From contig CAVUSO010000001.1 in assembly GCA_963744145.1 (NCBI GenBank), positions 5,536,001 through 5,600,000 on the forward strand: a stretch of DNA of 64,000 bases, given 5' to 3'. A program made the position numbers and the translations under genes. The notes under the pieces were generated by a model, which saw only the letters and a program-made list of their open reading frames with translations, was not told the DNA's origin and searched no databases. Shown here one piece after another: positions 41,355 through 50,051 of the stretch. Positions within the stretch are counted from its first letter, which is position 1. Every line of letters begins with the position of its first letter. Origin of the DNA: an uncultured cyanobacterium (GTDB taxonomy: Bacteria; Cyanobacteriota; Cyanobacteriia; Cyanobacteriales; CAWUOF01).

Positions 41355-41972
41355 TTAGCTATTTTGCTGCCACTCCTCATAAGAAATACGTGGAAGATAT
41401 AAACGATCTGCTGTACGGCAATAGTAAGACGGAGATCCAAGTCTACCAATTGGAGCAAAACCATTAATATGTAAGCGATCGCCAAGAAGATGATCAGCAA
41501 TATGGAACATAACAACTTGCCCGATTATAAGTGTATAAATTCCTAGGGGTTGTTGACTGTGCAGTACACATTCCAAACTTACTTGAGCTTCAGCTACGCG
41601 AGGAACCTTAACCCGCTTTGATGCGGCTGAATGCAATCCAACCGCAGTGAGTTCGCTTTCTTCTGTCGGAAAATTGGCAGCAGAAATATTCATTGCATTC
41701 AACAAATCTTCTGTTACTAAATTAACCACGAACTCACTACTTGAAATAATATTTGTCGCTGTATCTTTTTTGCTACCATCATCTTTATTGCCGATACTGA
41801 TAATTAGGTATAATGGGTCACTTCCTATTGCATTAAAGAAACTGTATGGTGCGAGATTGATTACACCCTCAGAATTTTGTGAAGTTATCCAAGCGATCGG
41901 GCGTGGAATAATAAGATTTGTCAACAACTTGTAGTTATCTTGAGAAGTGTTTGAGTTTGGATCGATGTACAT
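41355..41972 (-). CDS. Flavin reductase family protein
   Basis: IIPRPIAWI, NLAPYSFFN, KDTATNI, PIGRLG. Confidence 0.9.
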   Translation of the reverse strand: MYIDPNSNTSQDNYKLLTNLIIPRPIAWITSQNSEGVINLAPYSFFNAIGSDPLYLIISIGNKDDGSKKDTATNIISSSEFVVNLVTEDLLNAMNISAANFPTEESELTAVGLHSAASKRVKVPRVAEAQVSLECVLHSQQPLGIYTLIIGQVVMFHIADHLLGDRLHINGFAPIGRLGSPSYYCRTADRLYLPRISYEEWQQNS

Positions 41973-42020
41973 GAGGAATAGTCACCTTTTTAATTATCTG
42001 GATATATATTGAATTTGCTG

Positions 42021-42368
42021 TTAATTCATCTTACCTTTAACTACCAGATAAATTGAGCCAGGTAGCCAGAGGATAATAATTTGGGGAAATTTAGAAAAGT
42101 CACCTCGATGAGCGCCTTCAATAAGTGTAAAGACACAACACACTATACTAAATACTCCCAAAATTCGCAAGGTTAGAGGGCGAACTTTAGGAAAAAAACA
42201 GGTACTAGCAATTATCCCAAGCAATCCGAAAATAAAAAAAACTCCTGCAATAAATTTAGGACGCTGATCGGGTGGTAATGCTGCAAATTTTTCTGGTACT
42301 GACATGAATAATAAGATCCCTGCTAAGATGGTGAGGATACCAAGGATATTCCAAGTTGTTTTGCTCAT
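42021..42368 (-). CDS. Hypothetical membrane protein
   Basis: About four hydrophobic segments; likely ATG start MSKTTW. Confidence 0.65.
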   Translation of the reverse strand: MSKTTWNILGILTILAGILLFMSVPEKFAALPPDQRPKFIAGVFFIFGLLGIIASTCFFPKVRPLTLRILGVFSIVCCVFTLIEGAHRGDFSKFPQIIILWLPGSIYLVVKGKMN

Positions 42369-42580
42369 ATCTGTCCTAGTTATCAAAAATTTCTTCTAGA
42401 TTATCTTCAGGAAAAAATAGCATAAAAACTTTACATTCTTTATCCTGTAGGTTATTTTTGAAGCGCGATCGCACTCTTATAAAGGCATAATGCGATCGCA
42501 TTTAACTGTCAGATCGCAGAAGATTAGAATACTGACGTTATATTCACGATAATTTTTCAGGTTTTTTCAGAATGGGAATA

Positions 42581-43102
42581 TCAATCATCTTCATCTGGTG
42601 GAGCAGTAAGGATTTCAAATACTAGAGAACCACCAAATTCTTTACGATCATCGATCGCGCCTACTCTGGTGGAAATTTCTTTAGCTTTTTCTACTTCTCC
42701 TAACCGGGCCCAGATTAAACCAGATGCAGCATAAGCATTTAGATAAAGTCGGATTTGGGAATCATCTTTGCGACTGACTAGAATAGGTTGTAGTTGATCC
42801 CATTCTTGGGGTAATTGGGCTAATTTTTGTACTTTAGTTAGAACTGTTTCTGCAATCCGCAATGCTAGCTGGTTATTATGTTTGTAAAAGAAGTAGCGGT
42901 AAGCCGACACTAGCACATCTAGGTTATCCTCTGCTAGTTCTAATGCTTCATTGATGTATTTTTCCGATAATGCAGTATCTTCCCAGTTGTCAATTGCCAG
43001 CTTTAGTAATTCCTTAACTTCCGCTGGAGCTGCATACCAGGATAAGGAGTTGCGATCGCTATCTTCCCTGGGGAAAATATTTTCGTCAGATTGAGATGTC
43101 AT
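42581..43102 (-). CDS. Hypothetical helical (TPR-like) protein
   Basis: GAGG RBS; VLVSAYRYFFYK, YLNAYAASG, RLGEVEKA. Confidence 0.7.
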   Translation of the reverse strand: MTSQSDENIFPREDSDRNSLSWYAAPAEVKELLKLAIDNWEDTALSEKYINEALELAEDNLDVLVSAYRYFFYKHNNQLALRIAETVLTKVQKLAQLPQEWDQLQPILVSRKDDSQIRLYLNAYAASGLIWARLGEVEKAKEISTRVGAIDDRKEFGGSLVFEILTAPPDEDD

Positions 43103-43472
43103 AAAAAATCCTCATTAATTATCAATCGCTAATTATTATAACCCCCGAATAATTTGAAAACCTAACTATCTGTAGTCCGCATTACTGACCCAGTAAGTTT
43201 GTAGATGTGCAGTGCCAGGTATCGGAAAGATAGAAAGCGTGAAAGGTGCGATCGCGTTTTCCCTTAAATTATAATTAGAACTGCCGATCGCATTGCTATT
43301 TAATAATGATCTTGTTTTTGGGAGATATCGGCAAAGAAGGGCGAAGCATTCGGATATAATATTAACGAGTTTGAATCAATAATTATCGCCCGAATGCTTC
43401 GCCCCTACAGGGAATTGAACCGGATTGGATGATAATTTATTTATAGCGAACCTAAATGAAACGTGAACAGAA

Positions 43473-43495
43473 CCCTTCGACAGGCTCAGGGCAAG
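43473..43495 (+). repeat. 23-bp small dispersed repeat-like insertion, unit 1 only
   Basis: CCCTTCGACAGGCTCAGGGCAAG, absent at the same site in units 2-4. Confidence 0.85.
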
Positions 43496-43854
43496 TTTTG
43501 TCCGGATTCGTAGGGGCAAAGCATTCCGGCAGATCAGTGATGGGATAAATCCAGAAAACTATGACCGGAATGCTTTGCCCTCGGCCAATTATGAATCAAA
43601 CAGATTAACCATAACAGGAATATTGGATTTATCCTAAACGATCGCCCGCTCATCAATTATATATTTTCGATCGCGACCAAGTTATCTTTAAAATTCGCAC
43701 GCTAGGGAATATATGACACAGAAATCTTAGCATGATTGTGAACAATAGGCGATCGCTAATTTATCAGTACAGGATCGCTCAATAGGGATCAGTTAAGATT
43801 TTTTTTGGGAGATATCGGCGAAGAAGGGCGAAGCATTCGGATATAATATTAACG

Positions 43855-43878
43855 CCCTTCGACTACGCTCAGGGTAAA
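43855..43878 (+). repeat. 24-bp small dispersed repeat-like insertion, unit 2
   Basis: CCCTTCGACTACGCTCAGGGTAAA, absent at this site in units 1 and 4. Confidence 0.85.
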
Positions 43879-44342
43879 GGTTTAAGTTATAAATGATCGC
43901 CCGAATGCTTCGCCCCTACAGGGAATTGAACCGAATTGGATGATAATTTATTTATAGCGAACCTAAATGAAACATCAACAGAATTTTGTCCGGATTCGTA
44001 GGGGCAAAGCATTCCGGCAGATCAGTGATGGGATAAATCCAGAAAACTATGACCGGAATGCTTTGCCCTCGGCCAATTATGAATCAAACAGATTAACCAT
44101 AACAGAAATATTGGATTTATCCTAAACGATCGCCCGCTCATCAATCCGATCTTTTCGATCGCGACCAAGTTATCTTTAAAATTCGCACGCTAGGGAATAT
44201 ATGACACAGAAATCTTAGCATGATTGTGAACAATAGGCGATCGCTAATTCATCAGTACAGGATCGCTCAATAGGATTCAGTTAAGATTTTTTTTGGGACA
44301 TATCGGCAAAGAAGGGCGAAGCATTCGGATATAATATTAACG

Positions 44343-44366
44343 CCCTTCGACTACGCTCAGGGTAAA
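44343..44366 (+). repeat. 24-bp small dispersed repeat-like insertion, unit 3
   Basis: Identical to 43855-43878. Confidence 0.85.
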
Positions 44367-45219
44367 GGTTTAAGTTATAAATGATCGCCCGAATGCTTCG
44401 CCCCTACAGGGAATTGAACCGGATTGGATGATAACTTATTTATAGCGAACCTAAATAAAACATAAACAGAATTTTCTCCGGATTCGTAGGGGCAAAGCAT
44501 TCCGGCAGATCAGTGATGGGATAAATCCAGAAAACTATGACCGGAATGCTTTGCCCTCGAGCCAATTATGAATCAAACAGATTAACCATAACAGAAATAT
44601 TGGATTTATCCTAAACGATCGCCCGCCCATCAATTCTAGATTTTCGATCGCGACCAAGTTATCTTTAAAATTCGCACGCTAGGGAATATATGACACAGAA
44701 ATCTTAGCATGATTGTGAACAATAGGCGATCGCTAATTCATCAGTACAGGATCGCTCAATAGGATTCAGTTAAGATTTTTTTTGGGACATATCGGCAAAG
44801 AAGGGCGAAGCATTCGGATATAATATTAACGAGTTTGAGTCAATAATTATCGCCCGAATGCTTCGCCCCTACAGGGAATTGAACCGGATTGGATTATAAC
44901 TTATTTATAGCGAACCTAAATAAAACATAAACAGAATTTTCTCCGGATTCGTAGGGGCAAAGCATTCCGGCAGATCAGTGATGGGATAAATCCAGAAAAC
45001 TATGACCGGAATGCTTTGCCCTCGGCCAATTATGAATCAAACAGATTAACCATAACAGAAATATTGGATTTATCCTAAACGATCGCCCGCCCATCAATTC
45101 TAGATTTTCGATCGCGACAAATTATCTTTAAAATATTAGCCTGCGATCGCACTTAAATCTGAGATATGAGATGATTAAATCCACTAAGACAATTTTCTGA
45201 AAGCTTTATATGTTATAAT

Positions 45220-45771
45220 TCACAAGTCTCGATGCGAGAGAAGAGACAACCAGCACCCCCACCACAATCCTCTCACCCACGTCAACCCTACGCCAACAGC
45301 AAAAGGGGTACGGCCAAACAACAAACGCAGGATAGGGAGATGGCCTTCGGGAGATTTCTCTGAGAAGGTGCAGTCATTGTAGTATATCCATTCGTTTTCT
45401 TTCCTCCATCCGAGGCGATCGCCAAAAGCTTCCCAGATTTTCTGATCATAGTTTCGGGTTCCCCCCAGACTTTGATAGATGCGCTTTTGGACAGAAAAGC
45501 CAAAATGACCTTTACTATAATATACCCAAAGTTGATCAATTGTGCGAAGGTCTTCACAGGGAAAATTATCGATATGTTCGACATCTAGCCAACCTTCTTC
45601 TTGTCGCCCCATGACCTCACACATTTTTGTACCTGTTTCCTGATCAGCTTCTTGCCATTTCCCTGCGGCTAATAAGCTTTCTAAATTGCGGTAATCTATT
45701 CCTTTTGCTGACAGCAATTGAGGAGGACGACTGGTATTAGTGGGCTGTAGTAATGCTAACCAATCTTGCAT
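45220..45771 (-). CDS. GUN4-like domain; C-terminal part of a frameshifted caspase-kinase-GUN4 gene
   Basis: GIDYRNLESLLAAGKWQEADQET, FPCEDLRTIDQLWVYYSKGHFGFSVQK, FGDRLGWR, PEGHLP; begins with the kinase tail MQDWLALL. Confidence 0.9.
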   Translation of the reverse strand: MQDWLALLQPTNTSRPPQLLSAKGIDYRNLESLLAAGKWQEADQETGTKMCEVMGRQEEGWLDVEHIDNFPCEDLRTIDQLWVYYSKGHFGFSVQKRIYQSLGGTRNYDQKIWEAFGDRLGWRKENEWIYYNDCTFSEKSPEGHLPILRLLFGRTPFAVGVGLTWVRGLWWGCWLSLLSHRDL

Positions 45772-47305
45772 CGATCGCCATACCTTTTAAAATAGCTTCC
45801 CTGGTGCGATCGCTAATACCTGTTGGTAACAATAAATCAGCATTAAAATACTTCCGCTCTACCGAACCGGTCGGAACTTGTCCAGTTACAGCATAGTAAA
45901 GAGAAGCAGCCAGAGTATAAATATCTACCGTTACCTTACGACTATCTTCATGATGCTCTTGCTGTTCCCAAGGGGAAAAATCTACATTGGCTGAATAGTG
46001 GGAACTCGTACCAGTCGGAATAATTTCGCAAGCAATCCCAAAATCAATTAAAATCGCTTTATTCTGAGCCAAGAGAATATTACCAGGATGAACATCTCGA
46101 TGTAATATACCTGCTTGGTGAACTTGAACTAAAGCAGCACCAATTTGACTAATATAACCGACAGCTTCGCTTTCTGATAAAGGACCTTGCTGTCGCACTA
46201 AATTAAATAAAGTTTCACCGGGAACAAAATCCATTACTAAACAGGGAGTCCCGTTTTCTTTAAAAAAATCAATTACTTGCACAATGGAAGGATGAGCATT
46301 TTGTTGGCAAAATTTCGCGAGAAATTGTCCTTCTCTCGTAAATCTTTTGACAAATTTATCATGGTTCGGATCTAGTTTTTGCACAGCATGAGGTGTTTTT
46401 AACACTACCAACTTATTCAGAACCAAATGTCGTGCTTTGTAGGTAATTCCGAAACCACCTCTTCCCAAAATCCCTTCGATTATATATTCAGGACGATTTT
46501 GTAATTTGTATCCTTGACGCCAAAAAGATGGAGGTTGAGAAGATTGCTTACCTCTACCATCCCAAAAGTGAATTGCTGTGCCAGAGTGGGAAGATATTGG
46601 ACGCTGGGGATAAGTTTTGAATTTCGGATGATGATCAAACTCTCGCGCTACGGCTGCCTCAATTTCATAACTGTTAATATTAAAACCCACATCATAAAAT
46701 TCTGGATTAAGCACTTTTTTCAAAAGATGAGTCAGCACCCCATGACCATCTACATCTAGGGATGATTCCGCATCTCTACAAGATGCAATAATTGAGCGCT
46801 TGATTCCAGGATTGGCTTGTTTAAAAATCTCTTGAGTTGTTAACCTACCACTATGACAACAATCTAACCAGATCATCTGCTCTGTTACCTGACTTTTGGC
46901 TAATTGGGTCACCAACCAGTCAAATTTCACACCCAAAATTTGGTGGTCTTGGCAATTTGTATCACTCCCACAGAGATAGCCAAATTCCTCGTCAAATTCA
47001 GTCTTGACTAAACCGTGTCCTGCAAAAAACAGCAATGCTGTCTGGGTCCCATCTGGTGGTTTCACGAATAGTTCATAGATCGCATTCTGGAGTGTTTTTA
47101 CATGGACAATCCCTTTTTCATCAGCCGTAAATGTGCCATCAGTACAGGTTTCCGGTAGTAGCGTCACCTCAAATCGCCCATAATCTCTCAGAATTTCCGC
47201 GATCGCTTCTGCATCGAGAGGGGCATTTTCTAAATGCTGCGCTTTTCCTTTACCCCTAAAGTTCGGATAACGGTTAATACCGACTACTAATGCTTTTCGC
47301 GTCAT
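45737..47305 (-). CDS. Caspase-family (peptidase C14) plus Ser/Thr kinase protein, frameshifted before the GUN4 domain
   Basis: KALVVGIN, FAGHG and LDCCHSG dyad; GRGGFG, HRDVHPGN, IDFG; last kinase helix broken at GMAID. Confidence 0.9.
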   Translation of the reverse strand: MTRKALVVGINRYPNFRGKGKAQHLENAPLDAEAIAEILRDYGRFEVTLLPETCTDGTFTADEKGIVHVKTLQNAIYELFVKPPDGTQTALLFFAGHGLVKTEFDEEFGYLCGSDTNCQDHQILGVKFDWLVTQLAKSQVTEQMIWLDCCHSGRLTTQEIFKQANPGIKRSIIASCRDAESSLDVDGHGVLTHLLKKVLNPEFYDVGFNINSYEIEAAVAREFDHHPKFKTYPQRPISSHSGTAIHFWDGRGKQSSQPPSFWRQGYKLQNRPEYIIEGILGRGGFGITYKARHLVLNKLVVLKTPHAVQKLDPNHDKFVKRFTREGQFLAKFCQQNAHPSIVQVIDFFKENGTPCLVMDFVPGETLFNLVRQQGPLSESEAVGYISQIGAALVQVHQAGILHRDVHPGNILLAQNKAILIDFGIACEIIPTGTSSHYSANVDFSPWEQQEHHEDSRKVTVDIYTLAASLYYAVTGQVPTGSVERKYFNADLLLPTGISDRTREAILKGMAIDARLVSITTAH

Positions 47306-47350
47306 TGCTATTGGCTGAATATCGCGTAATATTTGATTTTAATTATATGA

Positions 47351-47487
47351 CAATACGGTTCAGTTAAGATTTTTTTTTGGAAATCTCGGCGAAGAACTGG
47401 GCGAAGCATTCGGATATAAAATTAACGAATTTAAGTGGTAAATTATCGCCCGAATGCTTCGCCCCTACAGTGAAATGAACTGTATTG
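47351..47487. mobile_element. 137-bp MITE with terminal inverted repeats, internal REP-type hairpin and 10-bp target site duplication
   Basis: TIRs CAATACGGTTCA and TGAACTGTATTG; AATTATATGA on both sides (47341-47350, 47488-47497); internal GGGCGAAGCATTCGG...CCGAATGCTTCGCCCCTAC. Confidence 0.9.
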
Positions 47488-47500
47488 AATTATATGACTT

Positions 47501-48115
47501 CTACCGACCTGCGGCAAATATCTGTTCGGCAGTCAAATTTAGATCTGGAAATGTTGGTGAGATCAGGGGTTCTTTTCCCCTAAACTGCTGTGCTTGATAA
47601 GTACCATCGACTAACTGATAAATTGTGACCACAGGTTGTTTAGATGAGCCGATGTAACGTTTTCCTCCCAATCCTAGATAATCTACGATCCAATACTCTA
47701 GAATACCTAATGCTTCGTAGTCTTCCACTTTCCGAGCATAGTCATTTTGCCAATTGGTACTGACCACCTCTACTACCAATTTCACAGATTTACCTAGTGT
47801 AATCACTGGTTCAGTTTTCCACAATGGCTCATTTGCCAAAGCTGTCTGATCCAGAATCACCACATCAGGTCTAAAAGCTGAATTTTGACCTAATGGTTTA
47901 ATTAGGCATTTCATGGGAATAAACCAAGACAAATTCAGCCGTTCAATTGCTACGTTAAGCTTACGATTAATTAACCCTGCTACCTGCTCATGAAGTCCAG
48001 TTGGTTCCAAGTCAATTAGTTCTCCGTCGATTAATTCGTAGTGTACATTATCTAAATAACTAGCAATAAATGCCTCAAAGTTCAGGCTACCTGCATTAAT
48101 AGTGGCTGTAACCAT
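47501..48115 (-). CDS. Uma2 family putative endonuclease
   Basis: YELIDGEL, RPDV, VVEVVSTNWQNDY, EYWIVDY. Confidence 0.92.
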   Translation of the reverse strand: MVTATINAGSLNFEAFIASYLDNVHYELIDGELIDLEPTGLHEQVAGLINRKLNVAIERLNLSWFIPMKCLIKPLGQNSAFRPDVVILDQTALANEPLWKTEPVITLGKSVKLVVEVVSTNWQNDYARKVEDYEALGILEYWIVDYLGLGGKRYIGSSKQPVVTIYQLVDGTYQAQQFRGKEPLISPTFPDLNLTAEQIFAAGR

Positions 48116-48283
48116 ATCAGACTTGTCCTTTTACTGTCAAAATTAACATCCTAGACTACTGTCAGATCAGGAGCGATCGCGTTTTCCCTTAAATTATAAT
48201 TAGAACTGGCGATCGCCATGCCATTTCCTAACGACTGGTTTTTCTGAGCTAGATTAACTATAACAGGAATATATTATTTATCC

Positions 48284-48430
48284 TCAGCGATCGCTGCTAT
48301 TTTTTGATAAACCAGCCTCCCTAAAAGTGACAAACTCAATATTAATTAGCTCCAGCCAACCACGCTTAATCAAAATGCCAAGCAGCACAACAGCATAGCC
48401 ATCTAAATTAAAATCAACCAAAAAATTCAC
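48284..48430 (-). pseudogene. Truncated DUF5615 PIN-like toxin-type ORF (48 aa)
   Basis: MNFLVDFNLDGYAVVL...GWLEL...EAGLSKNSSDR*; GTGA overlap with the DUF433 stop; ends at HIP1 48287-48294. Confidence 0.7.
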
Positions 48431-48796
48431 GCCCAAACTAAACCACGCTCCTTTTTTTGCTGCTCCAATCTTGCTAAAAGCTCCAATTGTGAAGCAGTGC
48501 GTGGCTTAGTTGCAATTTGCTCAAAATGTTCACGATTTTGATCTTGCCAATATTGATAAATCTCCTCCCGCGTCTTCAATACCTCTTGATATTCAGCCTC
48601 TACCTCAACAGGATGATCCGCAATGTAAACCAAAGCCACATTGATCTCCTCATCCGTCAAATTAAAGCGATCGCGGATCAACTTCGGCGGATAATCAGCC
48701 CTGAGTAAATCCATCACATCATACAAAGAGATCCGAGAACCAGAAATAGTTAGTCCACGCTCAGTCCGAATAATATCTAAGATCTTGATTAGTCAT
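48427..48796 (-). pseudogene. DUF433 family antitoxin-type gene with a 5' frameshift
   Basis: IIRTERGLTISGSRISLYDVM...VEAEYQEVL; the ATG at 48796 is one base out of frame with the body. Confidence 0.75.
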
Positions 48797-49133
48797 CTTA
48801 AGTTAGCTCCTAAATTATTTAAAAGTGATATAACCTAGCAAAACCCAAAAATTCGTTCAACTCTGCCAAAGTCTGCGATCGCTTTGCCCCAAACAAAATA
48901 GCGGATTAACAGCTATTATACCTGAATAAGACCCATTTTACTATCACCTGCACTATGAAAGCAGGGACTACCCCCTATAAATACCGATAAGGAAATGCTG
49001 CAAAAAACCTTTTATCCTCTTTCTCTCTGTGTCCTCTGTGTCTTTGCGGTTCGTTCTAATATAGACTTAAACTTACAACCAAGTATAGTATCATCAGAAC
49101 CAAATTATATCATAGATTTTCATAGCAATCGCA

Positions 49134-50051
49134 ATGACTGAATTTTTCACAACTTACGGGTCATTAATCATCTCAATGGTACTGGGTGCGCTGCTCGGAC
49201 TATCTCTTTACTTACCACTAATGAGTGGACAACTATCCCTAGCTAGTCCTGGATTTTATGCTTTAGGTGGCTATATTGCGGCAATCTTGTCAACTAAAGT
49301 TTTTCAAATTACCAGCGGCTTATTTCCGATTCCATTACTATTAATAGAAATGCTAATTGCTGGAATAGTTTCGGCTCTCTTAGGATTAGCTGTAGGAATT
49401 CCAGCACTGCGATTGCGGGGTATTTATTTAGCGATCGCCACCATAGCATTCGTTAAAGTCATCGAAATTCTCTCTCAAAACTTAGAAATCACAGGAGGTG
49501 CGATCGGGATTTTTGGAATTCCTCAACCTTTTCAAACTCCCCTGGAATATTTGTGGATAGTTTTACCATTATTACTAATTAGCATGATTTTCCTTTATCG
49601 GCTCGAACGAATTAGAGTTGGTCGCGCTTTTATTGCGATTCGGGAAGATGAATTAGCTGCTGATGCTATGGGAATTAATCCTACTTACTATAAGGTATTA
49701 GCTTTCACATTAGGGGCAATTTTAGCAGGAATAGTGGGTGCAGTAAATGCCCATTTTCTCAATACTTGGAATGCACGTCAAGGTACTTTTGATGCTAGTA
49801 TTATTTATTTAGCTTCAGTGTTAATTGGTGGAACAAGAACATTTGTTGGTCCGGTGGTGGGAGGGATGGTATTTACAGCACTACCAGAAATTTTACGCGC
49901 GATCGCAGATATCAATGGTTTACCTTTGTGGTTGACTCAGTTTTTAAAGGATGGACGTTTAATTATTTTTGGATTCTTAATCATTATCGGTACAATCTTT
50001 TTTCCCCAAGGTTTAGTTACACCAGATTTATTGAAAAGAAGAAAAATATGA
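49134..50051 (+). CDS. livM: Branched-chain amino acid ABC transporter permease
   Basis: [31 protein letters not shown]. Confidence 0.9.
   Translation: MTEFFTTYGSLIISMVLGALLGLSLYLPLMSGQLSLASPGFYALGGYIAAILSTKVFQITSGLFPIPLLLIEMLIAGIVSALLGLAVGIPALRLRGIYLAIATIAFVKVIEILSQNLEITGGAIGIFGIPQPFQTPLEYLWIVLPLLLISMIFLYRLERIRVGRAFIAIREDELAADAMGINPTYYKVLAFTLGAILAGIVGAVNAHFLNTWNARQGTFDASIIYLASVLIGGTRTFVGPVVGGMVFTALPEILRAIADINGLPLWLTQFLKDGRLIIFGFLIIIGTIFFPQGLVTPDLLKRRKI

Larger units (their letters stand above)
43315..45133. repeat. Non-coding tandem array, about 3.7 copies of a 487-489 bp mosaic unit (two REP-hairpin MITE-like elements plus a HIP1-rich linker)
   Basis: GGGA(G/C)ATATCGGC recurs at 43320, 43807, 44295 and 44784; no ORF of 60 aa or more in any frame. 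Confidence 0.95.

Noticed and set aside
43640..43790. Small peptide ORFs repeated in each array unit (for example MLRFLCHIFPSVRIL... on minus and MIVNNRRSLI... on plus)
   Set aside because: Very short, the minus-strand ORF ends differently between units, and there is no convincing RBS, so no support for type I toxin genes.
43315..45133. CRISPR array interpretation of the tandem repeats
   Set aside because: Units are about 488 bp and nearly identical throughout; there is no pattern of short repeats with unique spacers and no cas genes.
43200..48300. Complete DGR locus in this window
   Set aside because: No reverse transcriptase, no Avd and no template repeat matching the GUN4 3' segment were found.
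49020..49060. CTCTGTGTCCTCTGTGTCTTTGCGG short tandem motif
   Set aside because: Looks like a degenerate common cyanobacterial short repeat; only one instance here and no definable ends.
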